DNA of 64,000 bases from Octopus vulgaris (lineage: Eukaryota). Shown piece by piece: positions 43,171 to 56,572 of this stretch. Within the stretch, counting starts at the first letter, position 1, and the number at the start of each line of letters is the position of its first letter. The stretch lies in NCBI GenBank assembly GCA_951406725.2, contig OX597837.1, positions 7,936,001-8,000,000 on the forward strand, in the 5' to 3' direction. Both the position numbers and the translations under genes were made by a program. The notes beneath the pieces are model-generated. The model did not search any database. It saw only the letters and a program-made list of their open reading frames with translations, and was not told the origin of the DNA.

Positions 43171-44094
43171 AAAATGTGAGAGCACAAGGGAAAGACAATC
43201 ACCTATGAAGATGGAAGCATCAACATGTATGTATGTATGTATGTGTGTGTGCGTCTGTATGTATATATGTATGTATGAATGTATGTATGTATGTATGTAT
43301 GTATGTATGTGTGTGTGTGTGTATGTATGTATGTGTGTGTGTGTGTGCGTGTGTATGTGTTTTGTGCGTGTATATGCATATATATGTATAAAGGCATATA
43401 TGTTTATGTAAACATGTGTGTGTATATGTATGTATGCATGTATGTATGGATGGATGTATACTTGTACTTGTGTGTGTTTATGCGAATGCGTGTGTATGTG
43501 TATATGTGCGTGTGTTTGCGTGTGTGTGTGTGTGCGTAATACAGTCCTTAACAATATCTTATCATGGTGGTGATGGTGGTGGTGGTGATGGTGATGGTGG
43601 TGGTGGTGGTGGTGGTGGTGGTGGTGGTGGTGGTGGTGGTGGTGGTGATGGTGGTGGTGGTGATGGTGGTGGTGTGTGGTGGTGGTGGTGATGGTGATGG
43701 TGGTGATGGTGGTGGTGGTGGTAATGGGATAAAATGTTGAAATTAAAAAAAAAAAAGAATTAATTTCTAAAGGAAAAAAAAAACAAACAAACACGAAACA
43801 AGAATAAAATAAAAGGGGAAAATAAAGAACAAAAATTGAACAACGCTAACATCAACAACAATAACAGCAACAACAATAACAACTTCAACAACAAAATCCG
43901 TTAAACATTTATAACCGAAAACATCGAGGAAATTTTAGAGAAAAAAAAAGAACGAAACGGAACTGGGTTCATCAGGTACTTTTGAGTCTATTAATGTTAC
44001 TTCTGAGGAACAACAACTACTGCAGCTGCTACCACTACTACTATTACTATTGTTACTGCTGCTACTACTACTACTATTACAATTACTGCTGCTG

Positions 44095-44149
<55 letters not shown>

Positions 44150-44188
44150 CCGTACTACTATTACTACTGCTGTTACTACTGCTTCTGT

Positions 44189-44236
<48 letters not shown>

Positions 44237-44294
44237 GACTACTGTTGCTGCTGCTGCTGCTGCTGCTGCCCCTATAGAACCGCTTCCGCTGCTG

Positions 44295-44362
<68 letters not shown>

Positions 44363-45041
44363 ATTACTACTACTACTGCTACTACTACCCACTCTGAACC
44401 TCCCTTTCAATCTACTGTCGCACAATATTACGCACTAGCCGCAGGGAGGGAGTCGCCCCCTTTTTCTCCGCATACCCCTCCTCGCCCCATTTTCCCCCCT
44501 CCCAATCCGACACCCCACCACATCCCTCGCTCAGATTCCCTATCTGCGGCTCACACATAACCCACCCCCCATCCACACGCACTGACGCACCTGCTCACAT
44601 GCGAACGTACACATATTCACGCATCATATCCGCCGGGAGTTTGACAGTCATCTCTGCACACCGATTCTACCCTCTTTCCACCCTAAACAGCATACCCACG
44701 GTTAATGAATTTTTATTACCTTCAAGCCATGTGCAGAGAGTGACTCAATGCATAAAGTGCACCGAATGGCACACGCGACTCTGCACTTCCCAATATTTAA
44801 GTGTTCTAGCCATCATGTCGGTAAAAACCTGAATAACCGGTACTTCGTCGGTTTCCACGACGAGTCTTCTAGTTGATTCGATCAACGGAACAGCCAGCCC
44901 GTGAAAGTAACGTGCAAGTGGCTGAGTACACCACAGACACGCGTAACCCAGTTGCAAAGCGGTCTTTTGCTACATTTGTATCTGTCTTTTGACGACGGTT
45001 GCTGCTCTGACAGATATTGTTTTACAGTTCTATATGCCCAC

Positions 45042-45123
45042 GGGCATATGGCATAGTGGTTAAGAGCGCGGGCTACTAACCCCAAGATTCCGAGTTCGAT
45101 TCCAGACAATGACCTGAATAATG

Positions 45124-45162
<39 letters not shown>

Positions 45163-45262
45163 TCATCGAAACATACCTTAGGAATGAGAACCCAGGTTCG
45201 AAACTTCCCCAAGACCCCCGATGAAGGCTGGAGGGTATATCAGCCGAAACGTTGTGTTAATA
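45042..45262 (+). mobile_element. tRNA-headed SINE-like unit: Pol III head + (AAT)n + hammerhead module (45213-45258)
   Basis: Box A TGGCATAGTGG (45049-45059), box B GAGTTCGATTC (45092-45102), then CCGATGA-A-GGCTG...CAGCC-GAAACGTT-GTGTT. Confidence 0.7.
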
Positions 45263-45717
45263 ACGGGTTCAGTCTCACCGCGTGGTACCTTGGCCAAGTG
45301 TTTTCTACTATAGCTTCGGGCTGACCAAGCCTTGTGAGTGGATTTGGTAGACGGAAACTGAAAGAAGCACGTCGTGTATATATATATATATATATATCTG
45401 TGTGTGTGTGTGTGTGTGTAATAATTGATCGGGAAGACAGAGTGTACAGTAAGCTTTATGTAGCACGACGATCGTTTCGGCTTACATCCGCACAGCTTTC
45501 TTTCGCTAATGTGTGTGTGACAGGATTGTGTTGGTATGATGCGTTCGTTTATAGTACCAACCACTACCACGAATATATACCGAACATCCTGTCTCATTAA
45601 TGGATTTCTGAATGACTATAAACGCACGCTTCATATATACATGATTTTATATATAAGTTAATATTTCGGTATCTTCATCCTACGAGTTAAATATTTTCAC
45701 ACACACACACACACACA

Positions 45718-45756
<39 letters not shown>

Positions 45757-45895
45757 ACACATACATATATACACACATGCATATATGTCTATCTATGTAT
45801 GTATGCATATATATATATATATATATATACATACACATGTATATATATATACACATATATATGCATTATATATATACATACACACATACATACAT

Positions 45896-45948
<53 letters not shown>

Positions 45949-46639
45949 TATATATATATGCATACATACGCTCACGCATGTATACACACCATATTTCTAG
46001 GCTCAGGTGAAACTACAATTGATAATTAACAAAATATATTGGAAAAAAAACATAGTTTTCGGCGATTCATAAATATATTAACAAAAATATATTTGGTATG
46101 AAAATCTGAAGTGGACTAAAATAATTGTGCATAAACAGGACTTGGCATCGTAGCTGCTGGGCAGGTATTATTATTGTGAACTGTCCTCAGCCTTTGTTAG
46201 TATTCGAACTAGCGATGCAGGTGTTGACAGTGAACTTGCTTGATCTCTACTATACACTTTGGAAATTTGTGGTACACCTGCGTCTTCATATTCACAGAGA
46301 AGAAGGAAATGTGAGAGGGAGTTTATGCGTGAGGGAGCGAACGTCCTTATAAAGAAGATGGAATTTCGTCACCTTTTAGGTAAATATTTAATGTGAAATA
46401 TGTTTTTGAAATGCCTCACAGAAACTGTATGGCACTGAAATTCTTTTATTGAACCAGGATTCTTTTTCTATTTTTAATATTTTACTTCTTTTTACAGTTA
46501 TTGGACTGCGGTCATACTGGAGCACCGACTTGCAAAGTTCTGTGCTTTTTAGTCGAACAGATAGGCTCCAGTATTTATGATTTTGTTTTTAAAGTCTGGT
46601 ACTCATTCATTCATTTGGTCTGTTTTGCCCAACCGCTAA

Positions 46640-47177
46640 GTTATGGGGATATAAAGAAATCAACACCGGTTGGGAAGCGGGGACGAGGGTGGAACACACA
46701 GACACACAGACATGCATATTTTTACACACACACACACATGACGGGTTTCCGCACAGTTTCGGACTACCAAATTATTGGTTGGTATGGGGTTATGGTAGAA
46801 GACCTTGCCCAATGTGCAGCACAGTAGGGCCGAGCCCCATACCCCGTATTGCAAAGTGGCACCCAATTAAAGCAAAAAATAAAACAGAAATACCATAAAT
46901 GATTACCCTCATATTAAAAATTTTTTGCCCACGCAAACAAGGGAGATAACTTCGAGTATATTTCATGATAATTCTGACATCCTCAGTGGAACATCTCCCT
47001 CACAGAACTTCTTGAAGTGAAGAATACAGAACCACAAATGAAATGACATCGAAAAATGGACTTGTTGACAGATGCTATGTTGCCGAACCGCTAACTTACA
47101 GGGATGTAAAGAAACCAGCACCGATTGAAAAGCGGGAATGGGGATGAAACAAACACAGACGCACAAAGACACGCATA

Positions 47178-47232
<55 letters not shown>

Positions 47233-47348
47233 GACAAGTTTCCACAGTTTCTGTCAAATAAAATATTGGTTGGTTCGGAGCTATACTAGAAGACACCCCA
47301 AGGTACCACACACTGAGATTGAACTCCTTTCCCTGCACTGTAGAAGAA

Positions 47349-47404
<56 letters not shown>

Positions 47405-47585
47405 ATATAAAAAAGAAAAAGAAAACACGAATACCCTCGCGTCATATTTCAAATTTTGGAGACAACTTCGAGTATATTTCATTATAATTCTGACATCCTC
47501 AGTGGAACATCGCCCTCACAGAACTTCTTGAAGTGAAGAATACAGAATCAGAAAAAATGAACCAACATCGGAAAATAGACTTGTT
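46640..47585. repeat. Diverged tandem duplication (~500-bp unit) containing SINE remnants
   Basis: aacttcgagtatatttcat.ataattctgacatcctcagtggaacatc.ccctcacagaacttcttgaagtgaagaatacagaa at ~46948 and ~47464. Confidence 0.7.
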
Positions 47586-47645
47586 ATTTTATAGATGATA
47601 ATGTATTCAGAAATATTTATTTATAAGTACATCATCAAATCTCTA

Positions 47646-47740
<95 letters not shown>

Positions 47741-47991
47741 ATATATATATATATTGGTCTTTTTCTTCAGATGTTCTAAATATCAACGTGATTGTAAACA
47801 ACACACAATAGACAATAGATAATGATGCACAGTACCCAGTACTCGGTAAACTGCGCATACGCAGTGAAACAATGTTTCTTTCTCTTTCAGAATTCTTCTT
47901 CTTTCCGATGGAATCGTAATCTGTTATATTTGCACTTATTGACAGAGATACACACTCCAAATTACGTTTCTTTATTCGAAATGGTTCTCAC

Positions 47992-48036
<45 letters not shown>

Positions 48037-48257
48037 TCCTTCCTTTCTAATAGACATATCTTTGTATATATGCATACATACATGCATATATATATAATAT
48101 ATATTCATATATACATATACATATATATATATATACATATAATGTATGTATATTATATATACATATATATTCACACATACGCATGTACATACATATATAT
48201 ATGTGTGTATGTATATATGTATATATATATATGTATATATGTATATATGTATATATG

Positions 48258-48318
<61 letters not shown>

Positions 48319-49258
48319 AAACATGTGAGTTAGATATTTATTTATAACTTTATCTACTTCAAGTTTTACCGTTCCAAAGACAATAAATATATATGTGTGT
48401 ATGTGTGTGTATGTATATATATTTATGGATATATATATATATATATATACACACATACATGCCTACATAAATACACACACACACACATATATGCATATAT
48501 GGTGATTACTCCATCTTCACAGGTAATTGGCATTTCCTTGTGTTTCTTGTCAGTGGTATTTCTGACTCTCTAATCATAGTTTAACCCTTGTTTCTTATCC
48601 TCCACCCCAGCCATTGCGCAACGGGGACCACATTTTCAAATGCACCCCATTTCTTCCCCCCTCTCTCTGTTCAGTTCCTTTGCAAATTTGCTTGGTTTGA
48701 AACATAGGTGACAAAAGTCGTAACTCGCTGCACGCTTCCTGCTGGTTAAATCTGCACCCGTCACTATTCTTTCATCGCCATAGGACCGCCAATGAGGATG
48801 GAATGACAAAAGAGGTTACCGTAAAGGGAGATCAGTACGTCATTGGATTTTAGTGATAAACGCGTGTACAACACAAGTACCACTCTCTGAGTTTTTGTGG
48901 TTAGTACCTTGTGAGAAGCCGAAGCCAGACGACCAGTAATTATGTGAAACTGCAGGTTTTATATCACATCAGAGTGTCCCTCTCTGAGAAAGATCCTGTG
49001 AAAATAATTAGGTTACCGTCTCTCTCAATGGTTTGGTTTTACAGTACACTTTGATGCCAGGCCATTATATTAAAGAAAATACAGTTAGAGCACTTATGTT
49101 TCTACCTTAATGTACGTCATCAGCACAGCAGATGTAATACTGCGAATGAAGCAGAGGTATAGAAAAAGAGTTCATAAACACATACATACATATTATACAT
49201 ACGTGTATATATGTGTATGTATGTATGTATGTCCACACAAACACACACACGCGCGCAC

Positions 49259-49340
<82 letters not shown>

Positions 49341-49590
49341 ACACACACATACATACGGAACAATCCGGAGATGAAGGGCCACAACTTCGAAAGTCTCAAA
49401 AAGTCACACTGTTTGATTAAACGCCAGTGCAAAAATCATGCTCTCTCACTCTCTCTCACACACACACACTCTCTCACTCTCTCACACACCCACACAGAAA
49501 AACATCCCTTCTCTCTCTCTCCCACACTGTCACCCTCTGTTAATAAAAGTAATTGAAGCTGGCGAACGTTGAAAACACAAAGATACGTAC

Positions 49591-49640
<50 letters not shown>

Positions 49641-49647
49641 TATCCAC

Positions 49648-49708
<61 letters not shown>

Positions 49709-49714
49709 CATCTA

Positions 49715-49761
<47 letters not shown>

Positions 49762-49764
49762 TAA

Positions 49765-49809
<45 letters not shown>

Positions 49810-51385
49810 CTTTCTCTTTCTACCTACCTACATTTGATTGAATAAACGTAGGCGCAAATTGGTTTAGTACAAACATGAATAAGTAAATGGGAAAAAGAGT
49901 TATTTTCGAAGCAGACGATAAGGCTGTGTTTTTCTATTTTATTTTCCTTGATTTCATTTCATTTCATCAACGTCTGATGTATTTTATTAACCAATGAAGT
50001 AATACTTCTGACGGCATTTATCGTCGCCTCTGATGAACAATGTCGCTTTGTCTTTTAGTCCTATAAGACGCAGACGACAGCCATAGAGCGGAGGCTCATG
50101 GCTTAGTGGTTAGGGTGTTGCGCTCGTGGTTGATACATGCGGTTGCGGTTTCGACTCTTGCACCGTTCAGAGCTTTATTCATTTATTCATTTATTTGTTT
50201 CAGTCATTTGACTGCGGCCATGCTGGAGCACCGCGTTTTAGTTGAGAAAATCGACTCCAGGACTTATTCTTTGTAAGCCTACAACTTATTCTGTCAGTTT
50301 CTCTTGCCAAACCGCTAAGTGATGAGGACGTAAACACACCAGCATCGGTTGTCAAGCGATGCTAGGGGGACAAACACAGACACACAAACATATACATATA
50401 TACAACGGGCTTCTTTCAGTTTCCATCCACCAAATCCACTCACAAGGCTTTGGTCAGCCTGAGGCTATAGTAGAAGGCACCTGCCCAAGGTGCCATGCAG
50501 TGGGACTGAACCCGGAGCCATGTGGTTGGTAAGCAAGCTACTTACCACACAGTCGATCCAGCAGCTTTGTTTGTTTTTTTGTTTTTTTTTTGAGCAAAAC
50601 ATTTCATTTTGCGAAATATTTCATTTCACGTTGCTGGAAAAATTAAGTAGTCATGCGATAGACCGGCGACCCGCTTCAGAATCCGGGAAACCGGCCTCAC
50701 GAGGATCCTTTTGATCCTTTTGACAGCCATAGAGGGGACATAAAGGGAACATGGAGGAAATATCGAGGGAACAACCGATCCATGCTAAAAATAACAAGAA
50801 AATCTCACTTTGGGGTCATACTTTATCGGAGAGAAAGAAAGAGTGGAAGAGGAGGGGAGAAAAGGGGTGCATTTGAAAACGTGGTCCGAGATGCACAATG
50901 CCTGGAGTGGAGGATAAGAAACAAGGGTTAAACTATGGCTGTTTTACTTTCAGTTACTGTGTCTAGTTCGGTAGGGGTTGACTTGAAGCTAAACAACCGC
51001 TAGACAATAACAACCCCTTAGCGGTCACATGACAGCCACCGAAAACTCAGTTTGGTGTTCATTCGCCATGTTAGAAACAGCTGTAAGGTTTCACCTTAAA
51101 TCACACATTATTCGCTGTAAAAAAAAACAAAATGAAAAAGGGACACACACACACATACAGACAGACGTGATCTGATCAATAAGTACAAAGAATGTTGCTA
51201 TAGTAACGAAGCTAAAGCACGTAAGGTAAAGCTGCTTCCGAGGTCGACTTTGTCTTTCATCCTTTCGGGGTCGATAAATAAAGTACCAGTTTTGCACTGG
51301 GGTCGATATGATCGACTTAATCCGTTTGTCTGTCCTTGTTTGTCCTCTCTGTGTTTAGCTCCTTCTGGCTAATAAAGAAATATAT

Positions 51386-51430
<45 letters not shown>

Positions 51431-51629
51431 GATAGATAGATGTAGCAAAATAATTGAGATTCAGATGAATTAGGTACTTAAGTTGAAGCACCGAAATTGG
51501 TGCGGTTTTATCCGTACAACTTCAAAATAAAGTGAATAAAATCAAAATAAGCAACAGGGTATCCAGATGTCGTACTGCATCACCTCTGGATATCCTGCTG
51601 CTTATTTTGATGATATAATCAATATATAT

Positions 51630-51696
<67 letters not shown>

Positions 51697-51961
51697 ATCC
51701 AAAAATGAAAGCACAAAAAAACACAACGCGAGGACGTGGAACAAATATAGTATTATTGGACACTCAGGAAAGAAGGAGGGTTTAACGTTTCGAGCGGAGC
51801 TCTTCGTCGGAAACATAGGAAAAGGAAAGATCCAGAGAAGGGAAGACAGAGGGAAAAAAATCGCCAAAGGTACACACGAGGTCAGGAGTGGCTGTATACA
51901 TATATATAAATATATATACATATATATATACACATATATATATACATATATATATGTATAC

Positions 51962-52016
<55 letters not shown>

Positions 52017-52092
52017 CATAGATTTATCTGTCGGTAAGTCTGTCTAACCATCGATCTTTATGTCCGTCAGTGGATCCGTCTAAATTCCTGTC

Positions 52093-52181
<89 letters not shown>

Positions 52182-52194
52182 GTCTGTCTATCTG

Positions 52195-52261
<67 letters not shown>

Positions 52262-52958
52262 GCCCGTGTGCCAGTCTGTTCGACTGTCAAGCAATCTATG
52301 CATTTAATAATTGATGCGCATTTTTACACACCACACACACACACACACACACACCACACTTACACACATGCACACATTCACGTACACACTCACAAACTGG
52401 TATAGAGACACACATACGCAAAAAGTACATGCATATAAAAGACCTTCTATCCCTCTCTCTCTCCCCCTCCCTCCCTCCCACCCTCACTTTTCATCCATCA
52501 AACTGTCACATTACATATCCAGATATTCATTCACTCTTCCCTACTCGTCTTGTTTTTAAACACACAACACTTTAAACCTGTCAACACCAACAGCTCCACT
52601 GAGCACACACACACACACACACATACACAAGTGTGCATATATTTGTATATTTATGTATATATATACGCATATATATATGTATATATGTATATATGAATCT
52701 ATATATATATATGTACATATATATATGTATATATGTATATATATGTATATGTATATATGTATATATATATATATATATATAAGTATATATATATGTAAGT
52801 ATACACATATATGTATATATTATGTATGTATGTGTGTGTATACATGAATACACACACACATATATACATATACAAATATATTTATACCTATCTGCATATA
52901 TATATATATATATATATATATACAAATATACATACATACATATATAAATATATATATT

Positions 52959-52993
<35 letters not shown>

Positions 52994-53026
52994 ATACATA
53001 TACATACATACACACACATACATACA

Positions 53027-53060
<34 letters not shown>

Positions 53061-53073
53061 CACACACACACAC

Positions 53074-53122
<49 letters not shown>

Positions 53123-53974
53123 TTATAAACACACACAGATATAGATCACACCGCTGCCGTACAAGAACACTGAAAGCTTAGTCATAATGACATAAATTCT
53201 ACAGAAAAACGCGTTGATCTTCCTCTGCATTCTTTCCAGCAAGAATTACGCGATTTTATGCAACATGAACAACAACAACAACCACAACAACAACAGCAGA
53301 GGCCACAACAGTGACAGCAATAGCAGCAACAACAAGAAACCTTGTAATGCTTCATCCAGTTGGAATAACCAAAAGCAAAAAAAAAAAAAAAAAAAAAGAA
53401 TTCTGTAGAAAACTCTGAAATAAATTCTGTAGAAGCAACGAAACGGTTTGATTTGGAATGGAAATTCTTTCTGTCATGTTATTTCGTTAAGGAGATTAAG
53501 TGTTTCAAGTCGTTTTTTCTTGTTTTCTTTTTTCATTTGTTTAAATCAAATGGTTTTGTCGTATCATAACATCCCGAACTTCCTTACATCGTAACACCGC
53601 AACATCGGAACTATTTCTTCTTTGCTCTCGCCATGTTGAGCTGAGACGAACCGAACCGAGCCGCAGCGAAACCGCTGGTGAGTAGCACTCGGAAATATGG
53701 CGTTTAGAAGTTTATAAAACTGATTTTGGATTATAACAGAAATATGTATGAGTTAAGAGTGTTGTGTGATTCTGTTTAAGTATATATAATTATAATAAAA
53801 GGTTTTTTGCAACGAGTTGCTTAAACCACATACCGAAAATATTAGAAATAGCAGTCAAAGGGCTACTATTACTATTACTACAAAAATAAGTCTCCGCAAA
53901 CAACAGTATTTGTAACTCACATATGACAAAAATAAAAGAAGAAAAACAACGAAACCACACAGTCTGCTGGATTA

Positions 53975-54032
53975 ATTATGGACGATCGTTTCTGGATTAG
54001 AATCGCAAAGTTCATTTCCTTATCAACATAAT
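53975..54032 (-). ncRNA. Type I hammerhead ribozyme with a U3:A8 covariant core, inside a PLE-like end (~53695-54060)
   Basis: ATTATG-TTGATAA-GGA-[20 nt]-TCC-A-GAAAC-GATC-GTC^CATAAT; 6-bp stem I, GUC triplet, palindromic stem III loop. Confidence 0.7.
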
Positions 54033-54120
54033 ATTTCCCATAAATCTAGGTCCTTTCCATACCGAATACTACTAAGTGAAATTTATTGATTTTATTAAAT
54101 TAATTATATTTCACCCTTTA

Positions 54121-54227
<107 letters not shown>

Positions 54228-54272
54228 ACATATATATATATATATATTATTGGTATATATATATATATTATT

Positions 54273-54350
<78 letters not shown>

Positions 54351-54354
<4 letters not shown>

Positions 54355-55907
54355 AAAAAAGGAGATGTCGAACACGAGTGGTGATATATAAAAAAGGAAA
54401 TGAAGAAAATGCTGACAAATAATTGAAGTAATTTAAGTAATTTAATTAGGTGAAAGTTCTTTTTACCGGTTGCGCATTTGTTATGCTTATCAAAATATAA
54501 AAGAGAGATTAGAGTCTGTCTCTTATATGTGAAAAAAAGAGGCTCCAGAGTTGTTTGGGATTTGCTTGGTTTCGCGCCTAAAATTTTGATTGGTCATTAT
54601 GAAGGGGTCACGTGAATGTTTGAATGGAAGTTGGTGTTGGGGTAAGAAAAAAGGCTCCAGAGAAGTTAAAATTTGGCTAGTGTCCCGCCTAAAATTTCTT
54701 ATTGGCCATAATAAAGAGGTCACGTGAATGTTTAGAATTTTCGAAAATAGTGTTGTTGAAAATTCTTATTGTTCAGGCTGGTCAGTAGACGTCATGTGGA
54801 TATTTTAAATAGCTTTTTAGCGCGTAGTTAGGGAGTGTATTTTCCGCTTGACTGGATAAGTAAGTTCGTTTAGAACAGGGAGAGCTGTATGTATGTATGT
54901 GTGTGCGCGCGCGCGCGTGTGTGTGTTTATATGTATGTTGGGGCGCCGCGCGTGTATAAATTTAAAGACAATGCCACTCATACCCAGCGAATAACCATGG
55001 AATCCCACCTTATTAATAAATACAGACCACTTCTAAACACATGCCCCTAACACGAACCCACAACAAACACACTTACACCTGCACACACCCTACACACACC
55101 TTTACCCAGATATTAACACCATGACACACACAAATATATGGTTCCACACATACACATAATTGAATACGGGTGCAAAACATCCAACACTATTTTTTGGAAA
55201 TGGCTGTAAATATTGACTTCACACAAATACGTTGCTTCCCGATACAGGCACAAGGCCAGCAGAACTATAAATATTGAAAATTGTACCCACACACACACAC
55301 ATATATACACGCGCGCGCGCCCCAACATACATATAAACACACACACGCGCGCGCGCGCACACACATACATACATACAGCTCTCCCTGTTCTAAACGAACT
55401 TACTTATCCAGTCAAGCGGAAAATACACTCCCTAACTACGCGCTAAAAAGCTATTTAAAATATCCACATGACGTCTACTGACCAGCCTGAACAATAAGAA
55501 TTTTCAACAACACTATTTTCGAAAATTCTAAACATTCACGTGACCTCTTTATTATGGCCAATAAGAAATTTTAGGCGGGACACTAGCCAAATTTTAACTT
55601 CTCTGGAGCCTTTTTCTTACCCCAACACCAACTTCCATTCAAACATTCACGTGACCCCTTCATAATGACCAATCAAAATTTTAGGCGCGAAACCAAGCAA
55701 ATCCCAAACAACTCTGGAGCCTCTTTTTTTCACATATAAGAGACAGACTCTAATCTCTCTTTTATATTTTGATAAGCATAACAAATGCGCAACCGGTAAA
55801 AAGAACTTTCACCTAATTAAATTACTTAAATTACTTCAATTATTTGTCAGCATTTTCTTCATTTCCTTTTTTATATATCACCACTCGTGTTCGACATCTC
55901 CTTTTTT

Positions 55908-55911
<4 letters not shown>
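54351..55911. repeat. Inverted duplication: ~607-bp arms (54351-54958 / 55304-55911) around a ~345-bp spacer, with (TA)n at both outer ends
   Basis: Arms are near-perfect reverse complements by direct comparison. Confidence 0.9.
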
Positions 55912-55963
<52 letters not shown>

Positions 55964-56572
55964 CGCAGGAGTGGCTGTGTGATAAGTAGCTTGCTAAACA
56001 ACCACATGGTTCCGGGTTCAGTCCCACTGCGTGGCAACTTGGGCAAGTGTCTTCTGCTATAGCCCTGGGCCGACCAATGCCTTGTGAGTGGATTTGGTAG
56101 ACGGAAACTGAAAGAAGCCTGTCGTATATATGTGTATATATATATAAGTGTGTGTGTATATTTGTGTGTCTGTGTTTGTCCCCCTAGCATTGCTTGACAA
56201 CCGATGCTGGTGTGTTTATGTCTCCGTCACTTAGCGGTTCGACAAAAGAGACCGATAGAATAAGTACTGGGCTTACAAAGAATAAGTCCCGTGGTCGATT
56301 TGCTCGACTAAAGGCGGTGCTCCAGCATGGCCGCAGCCAAATGACTGAAACAAGTAAAGGAGTAAAAGAGTAAAGAGTATATTATAAATATATATACATA
56401 TACATACGTACGAGTGGCCGTGTGGTAAGTAGCTTGCTTAAGAACTACATGGTTCCGGGTTCAGTCCCACTGCGTAGCACCTTGGGCTAATGTCTTGTAC
56501 TATATCGTCGGGCTGACCGGACCCTTGTGAGTGGATTTGATAGACGGAAACTGAAAGAAGCCCGTCGTATAT

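Noticed and set aside
49088-49126. Minus-strand CTGATGA-cgTAC..GTA-GAAAC-ataa-GTG motif
   Set aside because: G at position 17 and no stem I; at best a decayed relic
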